Positions 7,827-17,280 of a DNA stretch of 32,000 nt are shown here, piece by piece. The position numbers and the translations under genes were made by a program. The notes under the pieces are model-generated. The model had not been told where the DNA came from, ran no database searches, and saw only the letters and a program-made list of their open reading frames with translations. How positions within the stretch are numbered: position 1 is the stretch's first letter; each line of letters starts with the position of its first letter. The stretch comes from Clostridia bacterium (GTDB taxonomy: Bacteria; Bacillota; Clostridia; HGM11514): assembly GCA_045586685.1 (NCBI GenBank), contig JAZNAU010000033.1:2717-34716 (forward strand), in the 5' to 3' direction.

Positions 7827-8276
7827 TTAATAAGGATTTCCGGAACGTTTATAGCCTCCGCTCCGACGGTTGTTGTCCACATTCTTTTTAAAATCAGAAA
7901 TCCGCTCCTCACTGTCATTTTTAAAGCGAGCCATCTTTTCCTCAAAAGAAAGATTTTCTGACGCAGGTCTGCTCCAGTCAATTTCCGTGGGACGGGTGCT
8001 TCGCTTGGAAGGCTGCTTTTTCTGCCCCTTCCGTTCTTCTTCCAGCACTTTTTTAATAGAAAGGCACACCTTCCCTTTTTCTTCAGACAGAATTTTCACT
8101 CTTACCGTCTGATTTTCTTGTAGGTGATCCCTTATTTCCTTCACATATTCTAATGCAACTTCTGAAATATGTACCAATCCCTGCCGATCGTCCGGCAAAC
8201 GGACAAAGGCGCCAAAGTCGGTAATCCCTGTAACCTTTCCTTCAACAATACTTCCTACTTTTACTTCCTGCGGCAT
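7827..8276 (-). CDS. yabR: S1 RNA-binding domain protein (YabR-like)
   Basis: 149 aa. The N-terminal S1 domain is GSIVEGKVTGITDFGAFVRLPDDRQGLVHISEVA, followed by a basic C-terminal tail. Its position downstream of divIC matches B. subtilis. Confidence 0.85.
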   Translation of the reverse strand: MPQEVKVGSIVEGKVTGITDFGAFVRLPDDRQGLVHISEVALEYVKEIRDHLQENQTVRVKILSEEKGKVCLSIKKVLEEERKGQKKQPSKRSTRPTEIDWSRPASENLSFEEKMARFKNDSEERISDFKKNVDNNRRSGGYKRSGNPY

Positions 8277-8318
8277 GTAAAATAATTCCCCTTTTAAAAA
8301 TTGTGGCGGCGTACAGCC

Positions 8319-8615
8319 TTAGCGTGAGGTATCAACAAATACCTGCTCGTCCGGTTTCACAAAACCCAACTTCTGCCGTGCAACCTTTTCAATGTATTCA
8401 TCGGTGTCCATAATATCCATAACATGAGTCAGCTCCTTGTTCTCTGCTTGAGCCTGCTCAATTTCGGCGGTCACCTCTTTTTCTTCTACACGAAGGTCAT
8501 GAAGACGGATTTGTTGCTGTACAAGGACATATCCCACATACAGAATTGCAATAGTCCACAGCACTCGGGACAACTTTCTTTTCCCTTGTTTTGGTTCATT
8601 TTGTCCCTTTGCCAT
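8319..8615 (-). CDS. divIC: Septum formation initiator DivIC/FtsB family protein
   Basis: 98 aa with one TM helix (VLWTIAILYVGYVLV), a coiled coil, and the YIEKVARQKLGFVKPDE motif of the FtsB/DivIC family. The RBS is GGAGGAAGG. Confidence 0.88.
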   Translation of the reverse strand: MAKGQNEPKQGKRKLSRVLWTIAILYVGYVLVQQQIRLHDLRVEEKEVTAEIEQAQAENKELTHVMDIMDTDEYIEKVARQKLGFVKPDEQVFVDTSR

Positions 8616-8684
8616 CTGCCTTCCTCCTTGTATCAGAATCTATTAACATTATACACTACTTTTTTCTCTATTTCAATAGTAAAA

Positions 8685-9191
8685 TCAAAAATTTTTTGGG
8701 GATTTTAAAATTTTTTTCAGTTGTTGACGGGTAAACAACCATTTTTGCCGACGGACAGACAAGCTGAAAGCCAGCTTTTTTCGAAATGGAGCCGTCTTCT
8801 TTCCAATCCATCTAATAGGATAAAGAAACAATCTGACAGGAAAAGACAGAATCCGAAGGATGAGCACCACCAGTCTGATTACCAGACGGAAAACCTTTTC
8901 CATCCATGTTACCATCAGAGACCCAAACAGAAGAAAATACAGCCCCGTTCCCAGAAACAGACCGATAAATTCATACCATCTCAGCTCTCCTTGATTGGTT
9001 AGTCTTGCCGTAAGAAACACAACCACTGTACAAACCATCCAAAACATCAGGTCTGTCAGATTAACCCACAGACTGTTCATGGTAACAATTTTTCGAACAG
9101 CCCTGAAAAAATCAAACAAAAATCCGAAGCCTATCCCGCAGAGAAACATCCCTGCAAAGATAAGCCCCTGCTCCGCTACATGAATTTCCAT
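8685..9191 (-). CDS. yabQ: Spore cortex biosynthesis protein YabQ (membrane)
   Basis: 168 aa with a multi-TM N-terminal region (FAGMFLCGIGFGFLFDFFRAVRK) typical of YabQ. It has a TAATG one-nt overlap with the upstream yabP stop. It lies between yabP and divIC. Confidence 0.8.
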   Translation of the reverse strand: MEIHVAEQGLIFAGMFLCGIGFGFLFDFFRAVRKIVTMNSLWVNLTDLMFWMVCTVVVFLTARLTNQGELRWYEFIGLFLGTGLYFLLFGSLMVTWMEKVFRLVIRLVVLILRILSFPVRLFLYPIRWIGKKTAPFRKKLAFSLSVRRQKWLFTRQQLKKILKSPKNF

Positions 9192-9472
9192 TACTGAAAC
9201 AGTCTGGCAAGCAGGCTTCCTGCCGCTTTTTTGGTGGACTGTGCCTCAGAATAGGCAAGGGAATCTATTTCTCCTTCAATACAGATATCCCCCGTTTCCA
9301 CATTTAGCTTGTTAATATGCAAATCCCTTCCCTTAATGGTCAGGATTCCCAAGGTTGTGTACAATACCACGGTATGCTCGTCAAAGCTGTCCACATCGCT
9401 TACGCCCGTGACTGTAATTTTCCCTCTGCCTTGTAACGAGATATTTTGGTCTTTCAATTTTTCTTCAACCAT
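9191..9472 (-). CDS. yabP: Sporulation protein YabP
   Basis: 93 aa. The sequence GRGKITVTGVSDVDSFDEHTVVLYTTLGILTIKGRDLHINKLNVETGDICIEGEIDSL matches the YabP/YqfC fold family, and the synteny fits. Confidence 0.88.
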   Translation of the reverse strand: MVEEKLKDQNISLQGRGKITVTGVSDVDSFDEHTVVLYTTLGILTIKGRDLHINKLNVETGDICIEGEIDSLAYSEAQSTKKAAGSLLARLFQ

Positions 9473-9515
9473 AAAACCGCCTCCTTACAAATATTGTATG
9501 AGGCGGTTGTTTTAT

Positions 9516-9761
9516 TTATGATAAAATTGTTTCGTACATGGCAGAAGCATCCTCTTTTTTAACATGCTCGCTGACGTTAAGCACCTTAATTTTCATCTGA
9601 TTGTTTCCGAATGCAATCTCCAAAATATCCCCCGGCTTTACGTCTGCAGAAGCCTTTGCTACTCTGCCGTTTACCATGACTCTTCCGCCGTCGCATGCTT
9701 CATTGGCTACTGTTCTTCGTTTAATGATTCGGGATACCTTTAAAAATTTATCAATTCTCAT
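9516..9761 (-). CDS. yabO: S4-domain RNA-binding protein (YabO/Hsp15-like)
   Basis: MRIDKFLKVSRIIKRRTVANEACDGGRVMVNGRVAKASADVKPGD is an S4 domain. The track start at 9773 is TTG. I prefer the ATG at 9761, which is preceded by GGGAGGAATT. Confidence 0.85.
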   Translation of the reverse strand: MRIDKFLKVSRIIKRRTVANEACDGGRVMVNGRVAKASADVKPGDILEIAFGNNQMKIKVLNVSEHVKKEDASAMYETILS

Positions 9762-9777
9762 AATTCCTCCCAAGAAT

Positions 9778-9812
9778 GAAAAAGGGTTGTCCCATCACGA
9801 GACAACCCCATT
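9778..9812 (-). terminator. Rho-independent terminator after hup
   Basis: The minus strand reads GGGGTTGTC-TCGTGATGG-GACAACCC followed by TTTTTCATTC. It lies 15 nt after the hup stop. T-rich runs on both sides mean it could act bidirectionally. Confidence 0.75.
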
Positions 9813-9825
9813 CGATTTTTATGGT

Positions 9826-10098
9826 TTACGCAATGCTGTCTTTGAAAGCTTTTCCTGCTTTGAATACAGGAGATTTGCTTGCAGGAATGGTAATTTCTGC
9901 ACCGGTGCGAGGATTCTTGCCTTTTCTTTCAGCTCTTGCTTTTACTTCAAAAGAACCGAAGCCAACCAGCTGAACCTTTTCACCGGCTTTCAGAGCTTCC
10001 TGAACAGATTCGATCAAAGCGCTTACTGCTTTGTCAGCATCCTTCTTGGACAGTTCCGCCTTTTCTGCAACTTTGGAAATTAATTCTGCCTTATTCAT
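9826..10098 (-). CDS. hup: HU family DNA-binding protein
   Basis: 90 aa. The sequence [89 protein letters not shown] is canonical HU. The RBS is AAGGGAGGAAATG. Confidence 0.96.
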   Translation of the reverse strand: MNKAELISKVAEKAELSKKDADKAVSALIESVQEALKAGEKVQLVGFGSFEVKARAERKGKNPRTGAEITIPASKSPVFKAGKAFKDSIA

Positions 10099-10224
10099 TC
10101 TCTCATTTCCTCCCTTTTAAATAATTTAAAAATAAATAAGCATTATCATTGCTATTAAGAGTATTTCTCCAATCTTGGCAAAAATCCTCTTTTTTTCTCA
10201 AAATTTTTTATTTTTTCCACAATT

Positions 10225-10989
10225 TTATTCAAATTCCTTAATTTCTTCCCATAAGCAATCCATTTCCTCCAAAGAAAGTTCGGATAAAATCAAGCCTTTT
10301 TGAGTTGCCAGAGCTTCCATTTTTCCAAATCTTCGAATAAATTTATTGATTCCTTTATGAAGAGCCGTTTCGGGCTGAATCCCTGTAAACCGAGCCGCAT
10401 TGACTGCCGCAAACAGTAAATCTCCAAATTCTTCTTCTCGTTCTGCGGGAGTATTGGCACCTGCAAATTCCTCCACCTCTTCCCGAAGCTTGTCCAACAC
10501 AGGAGGCAGCGTATCCCAATCAAAACCCACCTTCGCAGCACTTTCCTGTACCTTCTGAGCACGCATCAAAGAAGGCAAGGAGGAAGAAATCCCTTCCATC
10601 GCTTGGGTCTGGGTTTTCTGCCCCTTTTCCTTTTTCTTAATCTGTGCCCAATTTTTCAGTACATCATCAGCAGTTTCCGCCTTCTCCTCTCCGAATACAT
10701 GAGGATGGCGGTGAATCATTTTTTCACAAACACATCGAAGCACATCATCCATGGTGAACTCACCCTGCTCTTTCCCAATCTGGGCATAAAACACCACCTG
10801 CAGCAACAAATCCCCCAGTTCATCTGCCAACATCATTCGGTCAGGGCAGTCAACCGCCTCCACCACCTCGTAAGCTTCTTCAATGGCATATCGCTTTAAG
10901 CTTTCGTATGTCTGCTCTTTGTCCCAAGGGCATCCTTTCCGAAGTTGCTCCATAATATTCAATAAATCTTCTAATGTATATTGTTTCAT
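10225..10989 (-). CDS. mazG: MazG nucleoside triphosphate pyrophosphohydrolase (tandem MazG domains)
   Basis: 254 aa with CPWDKEQTYESLKRYAIEEAYEVVEAV and a second EExGDLLF motif. It corresponds to the MazG part of B. subtilis YabN and lies between the yabM-like flippase gene and hup. Confidence 0.9.
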   Translation of the reverse strand: MKQYTLEDLLNIMEQLRKGCPWDKEQTYESLKRYAIEEAYEVVEAVDCPDRMMLADELGDLLLQVVFYAQIGKEQGEFTMDDVLRCVCEKMIHRHPHVFGEEKAETADDVLKNWAQIKKKEKGQKTQTQAMEGISSSLPSLMRAQKVQESAAKVGFDWDTLPPVLDKLREEVEEFAGANTPAEREEEFGDLLFAAVNAARFTGIQPETALHKGINKFIRRFGKMEALATQKGLILSELSLEEMDCLWEEIKEFE

Positions 10990-11002
10990 CTGAATCCCTC
11001 TT

Positions 11003-12676
11003 TTATCGCAGTAATTTTCGTTTTTTCATAATTGCTGCAATTTTTTCTCCCTTAGGAAGCATTTCCACATCCTCCTGTTTCAATCCGCCAATCAGCAATA
11101 AAACGGCTAAATAGATGCAACCGCCAATTCCCACAGCACAAATCGTTGCTAATTTTGGGGAAACCCATTCCTCCAGCAACCGATAACAAAAGAGGGTTGC
11201 TACCCCCATTGCACCTGTGGAAAACAAGGGTTTCACCAGGGTATCTGTCAGCTTCAGCTTAACCTTTGTCACCTTCATTACCCAATACAAATCCAATGCT
11301 GCAATCACAAAGTAACAAAGATTACTGCTGATTGACAAGCCTAAAATATTGATTTGAGGCATGGAAACTAAAACGATGTTTGCAACAATCTTCACGATGG
11401 CACCAATCAGCATATTGATAACAGGAATCCATACCTTCCCTGCCGCCTGTAAAATGGCAGTACACACTGACACCAAACTGACCCAGATACAAGCCACTGC
11501 CAGAATTTCCAGCATCGTGCCGGAGGAAGTGTTGGAATACAGCAAATACAAAATAGGTTTTGCCATTACCGAAAGGCCAATGGTACAGGGCATGGCAAAT
11601 AAAATGGTGATTCTCATTGCGGATGCAGTAATCCTCTGAATGTTTCGCTGATGCTTCACCGCAATCGCCTCTGCCAATGCAGGAACTACACTGATGCTCA
11701 TGGCAGTAATTAAGGTTAAAGGCAAATTAAATAAGGAAAATGCATACCCACTGTATGCTCCGTACAAAAATTCCGATGCATGAGTGTCCAACAGATGATT
11801 TTGAAGCAAAGACGCCATTTCTCCGTTTTTGGCAAAAATTGCATATTGCTGATAAAGAGCTTTTGCTTGCTCTGCTGTAAAAGAAATATTCTGCAACAAA
11901 CTCCGAACCATCAGGGTATCCACCAAAGAGGTAACACTGGATACACAGGCACCAATGGTAATGGGTACTGCAATCCATAAAAGCCGTTTTAACAAGCGGG
12001 GATAAGACAAAACCTCACTATGTGCAGTCCCTTTCGGCAACACCCTTTTCCGTTTCACCAAAAACCAGATACCCAATACAACGCACCCTGCTGCCGCCCC
12101 TGCTGTAACTCCCATTAAGGCACCGGCAGAAGCCTGTACCGCACCACTTCCTATCAATACAAAAGCCAGCGTGTACCCTACCACAGGTTTTCCCAGTGCT
12201 TCTAAAATCTGGGAAACAGCAGTAGGAAGCATGTTCTGTGTGCCCTGAAAAAAGCCTCTCAGCCCCGCCATGATTGCCACAAAAACGAGAGCAGGTGCCA
12301 CGGCCTGAATACTAGGTGCAATCTGCACATTGCCAATGCCCCGTGCAATGGGCGTTGCAAAAAAATACAACACTCCTGCTCCTATCAAACCTAAGCATGT
12401 AATCAGAAGCATCTCTGCTTTAAACAGTCGACGGACCTGATAACCGTCCTTTAATGCGAGTTGCTCCGACACCAGTTTCGACACTGCCACAGGCAGACCG
12501 GCAGTGGCAACAATAAAAAACAGAACATAAAGCTGATATGCTGTATTATAAATTCCCATCCCGCTTTCATGAAGCAGATAGGTCAAAGGAATTTTGAAAA
12601 ATGCACCAATAATTTTGGTCAGAGCATTTGCCAGCACCAAAATAATGGTTCCCTGCATAAACGTCTGTTTCCCCAT
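11003..12676 (-). CDS. MOP-superfamily polysaccharide/lipid II flippase (SpoVB / MurJ / YabM-like)
   Basis: About 557 to 572 aa with roughly 14 predicted TM helices. The N-terminus FMQGTIILVLANALTKIIGAFFKIPLTYLL is typical of SpoVB/MurJ-type Wzx-like flippases. The start is uncertain. The track start at 12721 is GTG with a weak RBS. The ATG at 12676 (MGKQTF) follows GAGAGGA with a 7-nt spacer. Confidence 0.85.
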   Translation of the reverse strand: MGKQTFMQGTIILVLANALTKIIGAFFKIPLTYLLHESGMGIYNTAYQLYVLFFIVATAGLPVAVSKLVSEQLALKDGYQVRRLFKAEMLLITCLGLIGAGVLYFFATPIARGIGNVQIAPSIQAVAPALVFVAIMAGLRGFFQGTQNMLPTAVSQILEALGKPVVGYTLAFVLIGSGAVQASAGALMGVTAGAAAGCVVLGIWFLVKRKRVLPKGTAHSEVLSYPRLLKRLLWIAVPITIGACVSSVTSLVDTLMVRSLLQNISFTAEQAKALYQQYAIFAKNGEMASLLQNHLLDTHASEFLYGAYSGYAFSLFNLPLTLITAMSISVVPALAEAIAVKHQRNIQRITASAMRITILFAMPCTIGLSVMAKPILYLLYSNTSSGTMLEILAVACIWVSLVSVCTAILQAAGKVWIPVINMLIGAIVKIVANIVLVSMPQINILGLSISSNLCYFVIAALDLYWVMKVTKVKLKLTDTLVKPLFSTGAMGVATLFCYRLLEEWVSPKLATICAVGIGGCIYLAVLLLIGGLKQEDVEMLPKGEKIAAIMKKRKLLR

Positions 12677-12744
12677 GCCCTCATCCTCTCTGAATTCATC
12701 CGTTAGTTTATTATATTCCACTCGTTCCTTATTATTCCGTCTAT

Positions 12745-12792
12745 GGGAAAAAGGGCGGACAGAGAGATTGATTTCTCTGTTTGCCCGCCCTA
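12745..12792 (-). terminator. Rho-independent terminator after ftsZ (end of dcw cluster)
   Basis: The minus strand reads AGGGCGGGCAAACAGAGAA-ATCAAT-CTCTCTGTCCGCCCT followed by TTTTTCCCATA. It is a long, imperfect, GC-rich stem lying 17 nt after the ftsZ stop. Confidence 0.85.
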
Positions 12793-12808
12793 TTTATCAC
12801 TCAATACT

Positions 12809-13882
12809 TTATCTCAGGAAAGAAGGAACATCAATGTCATCGTCTGCCTTGCCTTCAGAAGTCGTTTTAACAAAAGGAGATGCAGGCTTTTCTGAAATGG
12901 AGAACCGTTTCTTTAAAACAGGACCATCTTCACTCTTAAAGCCTGTAGCGATTACCGTCACACTCAGCTCGTCACCGTAGCTTTCATCAATCATAGCGCC
13001 AACGATAATATTTGCATCATCATCAACAGAGTTCTGAATCAATTCTGCAGCAGCATTGACTTCCAGCAATCCTAAATCACTTCCGCCTGTGATGTTTAAG
13101 ATAACACCCTTTGCTCCCTGAATGGTAGTTTCAAGCAGAGGACTTGCAATAGCAGCCTTAGCCGCTTCTTCTGCACGGTTTTCACCCTTTGCCCGTCCGG
13201 TACCCATATGAGCATAACCTGCATCCTTCATAATGGTTCTTACGTCTGCAAAGTCAAGATTGATCATGGCAGGTGTTACAATCAAATCGGTAATGCCCAT
13301 AACACCTTGCTTCAACACATTGTCAGCCATGGAAAATGCAGATTCCATCGTGGTGTTCTTATCAGCGATTGCCAGCAGACGATCGTTGGGGATAATAAGC
13401 AGAGTATCCACGTTCTGTCTCAATTCCTCAATTCCTACATCTGCATTTGCCTTTCTTACCTTTCCTTCAAAACCAAAAGGTTTGGTTACAATACCAACGG
13501 TCAGAATGCCCATTTCCTTTGCAACGGATGCAACAATGGGAGCCGCTCCCGTTCCGGTTCCGCCGCCCATACCTGCCGTTACGAATACCATATCCGCACC
13601 TTTTAAGCAAGCAGAGATTTCTTCTCTGCTTTCTTCAGCAGATTTCTGACCAATTTCAGGTTTTGCTCCTGCTCCTAAACCGCGGGTCAGTTTTTCACCA
13701 ATTTGCAGTTTTTGATTTGCTACAGATTTTTTCAGTGCTTGCTTGTCCGTATTGATAGAAATGAATTCCACCGTCTGCATACCGGTGTTTACCATTCTGT
13801 CAACAGCATTGTTTCCGCCGCCGCCGACGCCCACAACTTTTATGCGGGCATAATCTTTTTCTGTTGTATCAAATTCCAACAT
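12809..13882 (-). CDS. ftsZ: Cell division GTPase FtsZ
   Basis: 357 aa with the motifs [13 protein letters not shown] and [12 protein letters not shown] (tubulin signature) and the conserved C-terminal peptide DIDVPSFLR. Confidence 0.98.
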   Translation of the reverse strand: MLEFDTTEKDYARIKVVGVGGGGNNAVDRMVNTGMQTVEFISINTDKQALKKSVANQKLQIGEKLTRGLGAGAKPEIGQKSAEESREEISACLKGADMVFVTAGMGGGTGTGAAPIVASVAKEMGILTVGIVTKPFGFEGKVRKANADVGIEELRQNVDTLLIIPNDRLLAIADKNTTMESAFSMADNVLKQGVMGITDLIVTPAMINLDFADVRTIMKDAGYAHMGTGRAKGENRAEEAAKAAIASPLLETTIQGAKGVILNITGGSDLGLLEVNAAAELIQNSVDDDANIIVGAMIDESYGDELSVTVIATGFKSEDGPVLKKRFSISEKPASPFVKTTSEGKADDDIDVPSFLR

Positions 13883-14003
13883 TGATAACTCCCCCTTGTA
13901 ACATATATATAATAAATTGCAGTTTATATCAAACCCGGCCTTTCACAAAATGCCGTATGTGGTCATTCGGAAGGGTCTGTAAAAAAACCGGATAAAATAT
14001 CAA

Positions 14004-14837
14004 TTATTCTTCCTCTGAATCCGCCTCTGTTTCTTCGGATTCTTCTTCCTCCTCCGACTCGGTGCTTTCTGTATTTTCAGAATCAGAAAGCCGATAGGTA
14101 GGATCCTTGACGGTAAAATCAATCACACCTCTGGGTGTTCCGCCAAGCTTGTCCAGAATTTCTTTTAAGAATTTCACCCGATAGGGAAGGTCGGTTGCAT
14201 CACCCATGAGAACGCTCAGCTTCCTGTCATTCATCCTGAACACAACCCCGTCATCCTGACTTAAGTCAATTTCGTTTGTATTCCCTATAAGACTATTATG
14301 AACTAATTCTGTCAAACTTTCAAGTACTATTTGCAAATTTCTTTCATTTTTAACAATAATTTTTTCACCAAGCTCAAAATTTTTGATTTCTAAGCCTATT
14401 AAATTTACAATTTCTGGAAGGTTTTCCAAATTCTGAGGTGTTTCCTGTTCCAGTGTTTTGCCATACATATCAATTAAAATATAATTCCCCATATAGGATG
14501 CAGCCGCCACAGGTTGACTTTCTTCAATTTCAATGGAAATCTGATTAGGAAATTCTCTTTTGACACGCACGCTATGTACATAAGAAATTTTTTCAAGCTT
14601 TTTTCGCACGCTACTCAGCTTCACACGAAAAATATTACTCCCCTCGGTAATTCCCGAGGCAGTTTCAATTTCTTGGACAGACACTCTGCTGTTCCCTGTC
14701 ACATTCACTTTCTTAATATTAAAATAAGGGGTGAAGGATGCAATCACCGCACACAGCACGAACAGCAGAAACAGTCCGACCATTCTTTTAAATACTCTTT
14801 TACGTTTCTGTACTTCCATACGTCTTTGGTTTTTCAC
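14004..14837 (-). CDS. ftsQ: Cell division protein FtsQ/DivIB (POTRA domain)
   Basis: 277 aa. It has a basic N-terminus, a TM helix (LFLLFVLCAVIASF), POTRA-like FNIKKVNVTGNSRVSVQEI, and a strongly acidic C-terminal tail. The start is GTG, preceded by AGGAGGAAATCAGG. Confidence 0.88.
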   Translation of the reverse strand: MKNQRRMEVQKRKRVFKRMVGLFLLFVLCAVIASFTPYFNIKKVNVTGNSRVSVQEIETASGITEGSNIFRVKLSSVRKKLEKISYVHSVRVKREFPNQISIEIEESQPVAAASYMGNYILIDMYGKTLEQETPQNLENLPEIVNLIGLEIKNFELGEKIIVKNERNLQIVLESLTELVHNSLIGNTNEIDLSQDDGVVFRMNDRKLSVLMGDATDLPYRVKFLKEILDKLGGTPRGVIDFTVKDPTYRLSDSENTESTESEEEEESEETEADSEEE

Positions 14838-14849
14838 CCTGATTTCCTC

Positions 14850-16106
14850 CTACTCCACTCTTTTTATCTCCGCACCTAAAGAGGCAAACACCTTTTCCGG
14901 TGCTTCATATCCACGGTCAATCAAATCAATTCTGTGCACTTTACTTGTTCCCGATGCACCCAATGCCGCAAGCATCAAAGCCGCACCACCTCGCAAGTCT
15001 CCCGAGGTAACCTCTGCTCCCGAAAGCCTTTTCACTCCTCTGATTACTGCTACACGGCCATCCGTTTTAATGTTAGCACCCATTTTTATCAGCTCTTCCA
15101 CATGCTTAAACCGGCTTTCAAAAATGGTTTCTGTAATCATACTGGAGCCACAGGCAGTAGACAACATCGCCATCAAAGGTGCCTGAGCATCGGTAGGAAA
15201 TCCGGGATAAGGGGAGGTTCTGATTTTATCTGCCGCACCAATCCGTTTGGGACAGTTCATTTTAAGAATTTCCTCACGGGGATACTCCAGCTCACAGCCA
15301 CATTCCTCCAGTACTGATAAAATTCCGTCAATGTGGGCAGGCTCCACTCCCCGAAGGAGAAGCTCTCCTCCCGTAATTGCCGCTCCCATAAGATAAGTCG
15401 CGCCTACTATCCTGTCAGGAATGACCCTATGAGTCACACTGTGTAGTGCGGGAACTCCTTCAATATAAATTTCCGAACCTCCGGCACCGTAAATCTTCGC
15501 TCCGGCATGGTTCAAAAAGGTTTGCAAATCTTCAATTTCCGGCTCTTTTGCCGCATTCACAATTCGGGTTACCCCCGGTGTAAACACAGCCGCCAGCATA
15601 ATATTTTCGGTAGCACCCACACTGGGAAAATCCAGATGAATTGTCGCCGGTCTTAAACGGCGGGCATCACAGGTAATTCTGCCATGCTCCTCCGTAACTG
15701 TCATCCCCATGGCCCGAAAGGCTTTCAAATGCAAATCGATGGGTCGTGCCCCCAGCTCGCAACCTCCGGGATAAGTAATTTCAGCAGAGCCGCATCGAGA
15801 TGACATAGCTCCCACAAAAATAAAGGAAGACCTCATTTCCCGCATAAGGGCATCCGATACGGTACTGCAGTTCACACCCCTTGCATCTACCGTTACCACA
15901 TCTCCCCTTTGCTCTGTCTTACATCCAAGATGTCTCAAAATATTCAAAGAAGCGGTCACATCCCGCAATGCGGGACAGTTATGAATCTCGCTTGTTCCGT
16001 TAATCAACACCGTTGCCGCCAAAATGGGCAACACGGCGTTTTTTGCACCCTGTAAGGTAATTTCTCCCCTTAAGGGCTTACCTCCCGTGATAACAAAATG
16101 ACCCAT
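14850..16106 (-). CDS. murA: UDP-N-acetylglucosamine 1-carboxyvinyltransferase MurA
   Basis: It contains MGHFVITGGKPLRGEITLQGAKNAVLPILAA and the active-site region YPGGCELGARPIDLH with the catalytic Cys. The track ORF is extended by 18 codons. The ATG at 16106 follows GGAGGTGTGAGG. Confidence 0.93.
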   Translation of the reverse strand: MGHFVITGGKPLRGEITLQGAKNAVLPILAATVLINGTSEIHNCPALRDVTASLNILRHLGCKTEQRGDVVTVDARGVNCSTVSDALMREMRSSFIFVGAMSSRCGSAEITYPGGCELGARPIDLHLKAFRAMGMTVTEEHGRITCDARRLRPATIHLDFPSVGATENIMLAAVFTPGVTRIVNAAKEPEIEDLQTFLNHAGAKIYGAGGSEIYIEGVPALHSVTHRVIPDRIVGATYLMGAAITGGELLLRGVEPAHIDGILSVLEECGCELEYPREEILKMNCPKRIGAADKIRTSPYPGFPTDAQAPLMAMLSTACGSSMITETIFESRFKHVEELIKMGANIKTDGRVAVIRGVKRLSGAEVTSGDLRGGAALMLAALGASGTSKVHRIDLIDRGYEAPEKVFASLGAEIKRVE

Positions 16107-16181
16107 CCTCACACCTCCGCATACATGTCGGCTATTTTGCCGCACCTTCATAGTATGCAAAGGGGTTTAGAGTGTGCAAAC

Positions 16182-17267
16182 TCATTTGACAAGAGTCAAA
16201 ACCGTTTGGTAAATGGTCTCGGTTGCATCGCAAATCCCTGCTTTTTTGGACTGTTCAGCCATTTTCTTCTGTTTATCTTTGTCCTGTAAAAATGCATCTA
16301 CCATTTGGTATAATTTCTCTGCTGACAATTCACTTTCTGTCAGTACCATCGCCCCGCCCTTTTGTTCTAACGCTCTGGCGTTGTACTCCTGATGATTGTG
16401 GGCAACGTTGGGAGAAGGAATCAGAATAGCCGGCTTTCCAATAGCAGAAAGCTCACTCACCGTCATAGCACCGGAGCGGGCAATGACCAAATCGGCAGCC
16501 GCCATACACTCTCCCATATTATATAGATAAGGTTCGATACGCACATTTTCATATTCATGACCCTTCATCTCCTCCATAACCTTATCATATTCCCGTTTTC
16601 CTGTGGCATACAAAATCTGATATGTCCCCCTCTTTGCGGTATTGCGAATCATTTCGCCCACCGTTTCGTTCACACGTCTTGCGCCCAGGCTTCCACCATA
16701 GGTTAAAATCAGGGGACGTTCATCAAAACCAAGGGCACGTCTTGCAGATTTTCGTTCGTATGTAACCAAATCGGGAGAAATGGGATTCCCTGTTAAAACG
16801 AGATTTCCCTTTATATATTGACTGGTTTCAGGAAAACTGGTCAGCACACCATCCACCATTCGAGATAGCATTTTTACAGTAACACCGGGGATTACATTCT
16901 GTTCATGAACCAATGTTTTAATCCCCATTTTACAAGCTGCATATAGCACTGGACCGCACACATAGCCTCCCGTGCCAATGACAATATCGGGCTTGAAATC
17001 CTTCAGAATTTTTTTTGATTGGGCATACCCTTTGAACATCTTTTTTATGGTGCCCAAGGTTTGCAAAGATAATTTTCTTACAAACCCCTCTACTTCAATA
17101 AAAGTAATGGGAAATCCCGCTTTTGGGATCAACTCTCCCTCCAGACCCTTATGAGTTCCCACAAACAAAAATTCTGTATCGGGATGTTTTTCTTTTAAAT
17201 AACGGGCAATGGCGATAGCGGGATTGATATGTCCTCCCGTCCCACCTCCGGACAATAATACTCTCAC
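16182..17267 (-). CDS. murG: Undecaprenyldiphospho-muramoylpentapeptide beta-N-acetylglucosaminyltransferase MurG
   Basis: It contains (V)RVLLSGGGTGGHINPAIAIA and a GT28 C-terminal domain (SGAMTVSELSAIGKPAILIP). I prefer the GTG at 17267, which is preceded by GGAGGAAAAAAC. The track start at 17306 would overlap ftsW by 26 nt. Confidence 0.92.
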   Translation of the reverse strand: MRVLLSGGGTGGHINPAIAIARYLKEKHPDTEFLFVGTHKGLEGELIPKAGFPITFIEVEGFVRKLSLQTLGTIKKMFKGYAQSKKILKDFKPDIVIGTGGYVCGPVLYAACKMGIKTLVHEQNVIPGVTVKMLSRMVDGVLTSFPETSQYIKGNLVLTGNPISPDLVTYERKSARRALGFDERPLILTYGGSLGARRVNETVGEMIRNTAKRGTYQILYATGKREYDKVMEEMKGHEYENVRIEPYLYNMGECMAAADLVIARSGAMTVSELSAIGKPAILIPSPNVAHNHQEYNARALEQKGGAMVLTESELSAEKLYQMVDAFLQDKDKQKKMAEQSKKAGICDATETIYQTVLTLVK

Positions 17268-17280
17268 GTTTTTTCCTCCA

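Noticed and set aside
9601-10083. 160-aa plus-strand ORF spanning yabO and hup
   Set aside because: It is antisense to two strongly supported genes and crosses their intergenic terminator. The protein is compositionally odd and has no RBS.
10099-10224. hup promoter candidates (TTGCCA-17-TTAATA, or TTGGAG-19-GATAAT)
   Set aside because: Neither combination has both good hexamers and good spacing, so I left the promoter uncalled.
13208-13755. Three overlapping plus-strand ORFs (102 to 138 aa) opposite ftsZ
   Set aside because: They are antisense shadows of the Gly/Ala-rich ftsZ coding region. ftsZ is unambiguous.
13883-14003. Possible ftsZ-proximal promoter (TTGATA-17-TATATA on the minus strand) in the ftsQ-ftsZ gap
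   Set aside because: The hexamers are degenerate in a very AT-rich stretch. It is plausible, but I cannot support it well enough to list as a feature.
14731-15317. Plus-strand ORFs of 151 and 127 aa opposite murA and the ftsQ start
   Set aside because: They are antisense to well-supported genes and have no RBS or recognisable domains.
16107-16160. N-terminal extensions of track ORFs: murA to 16160, murG to 17306, mraY to 19536, mraZ to 26525, rpsT to 7766, yabO to 9773, OadG-like to 1082
   Set aside because: In each case an internal ATG, GTG or TTG has a proper Shine-Dalgarno sequence. That start also reproduces the conserved family N-terminus or removes an implausible overlap with the upstream gene.
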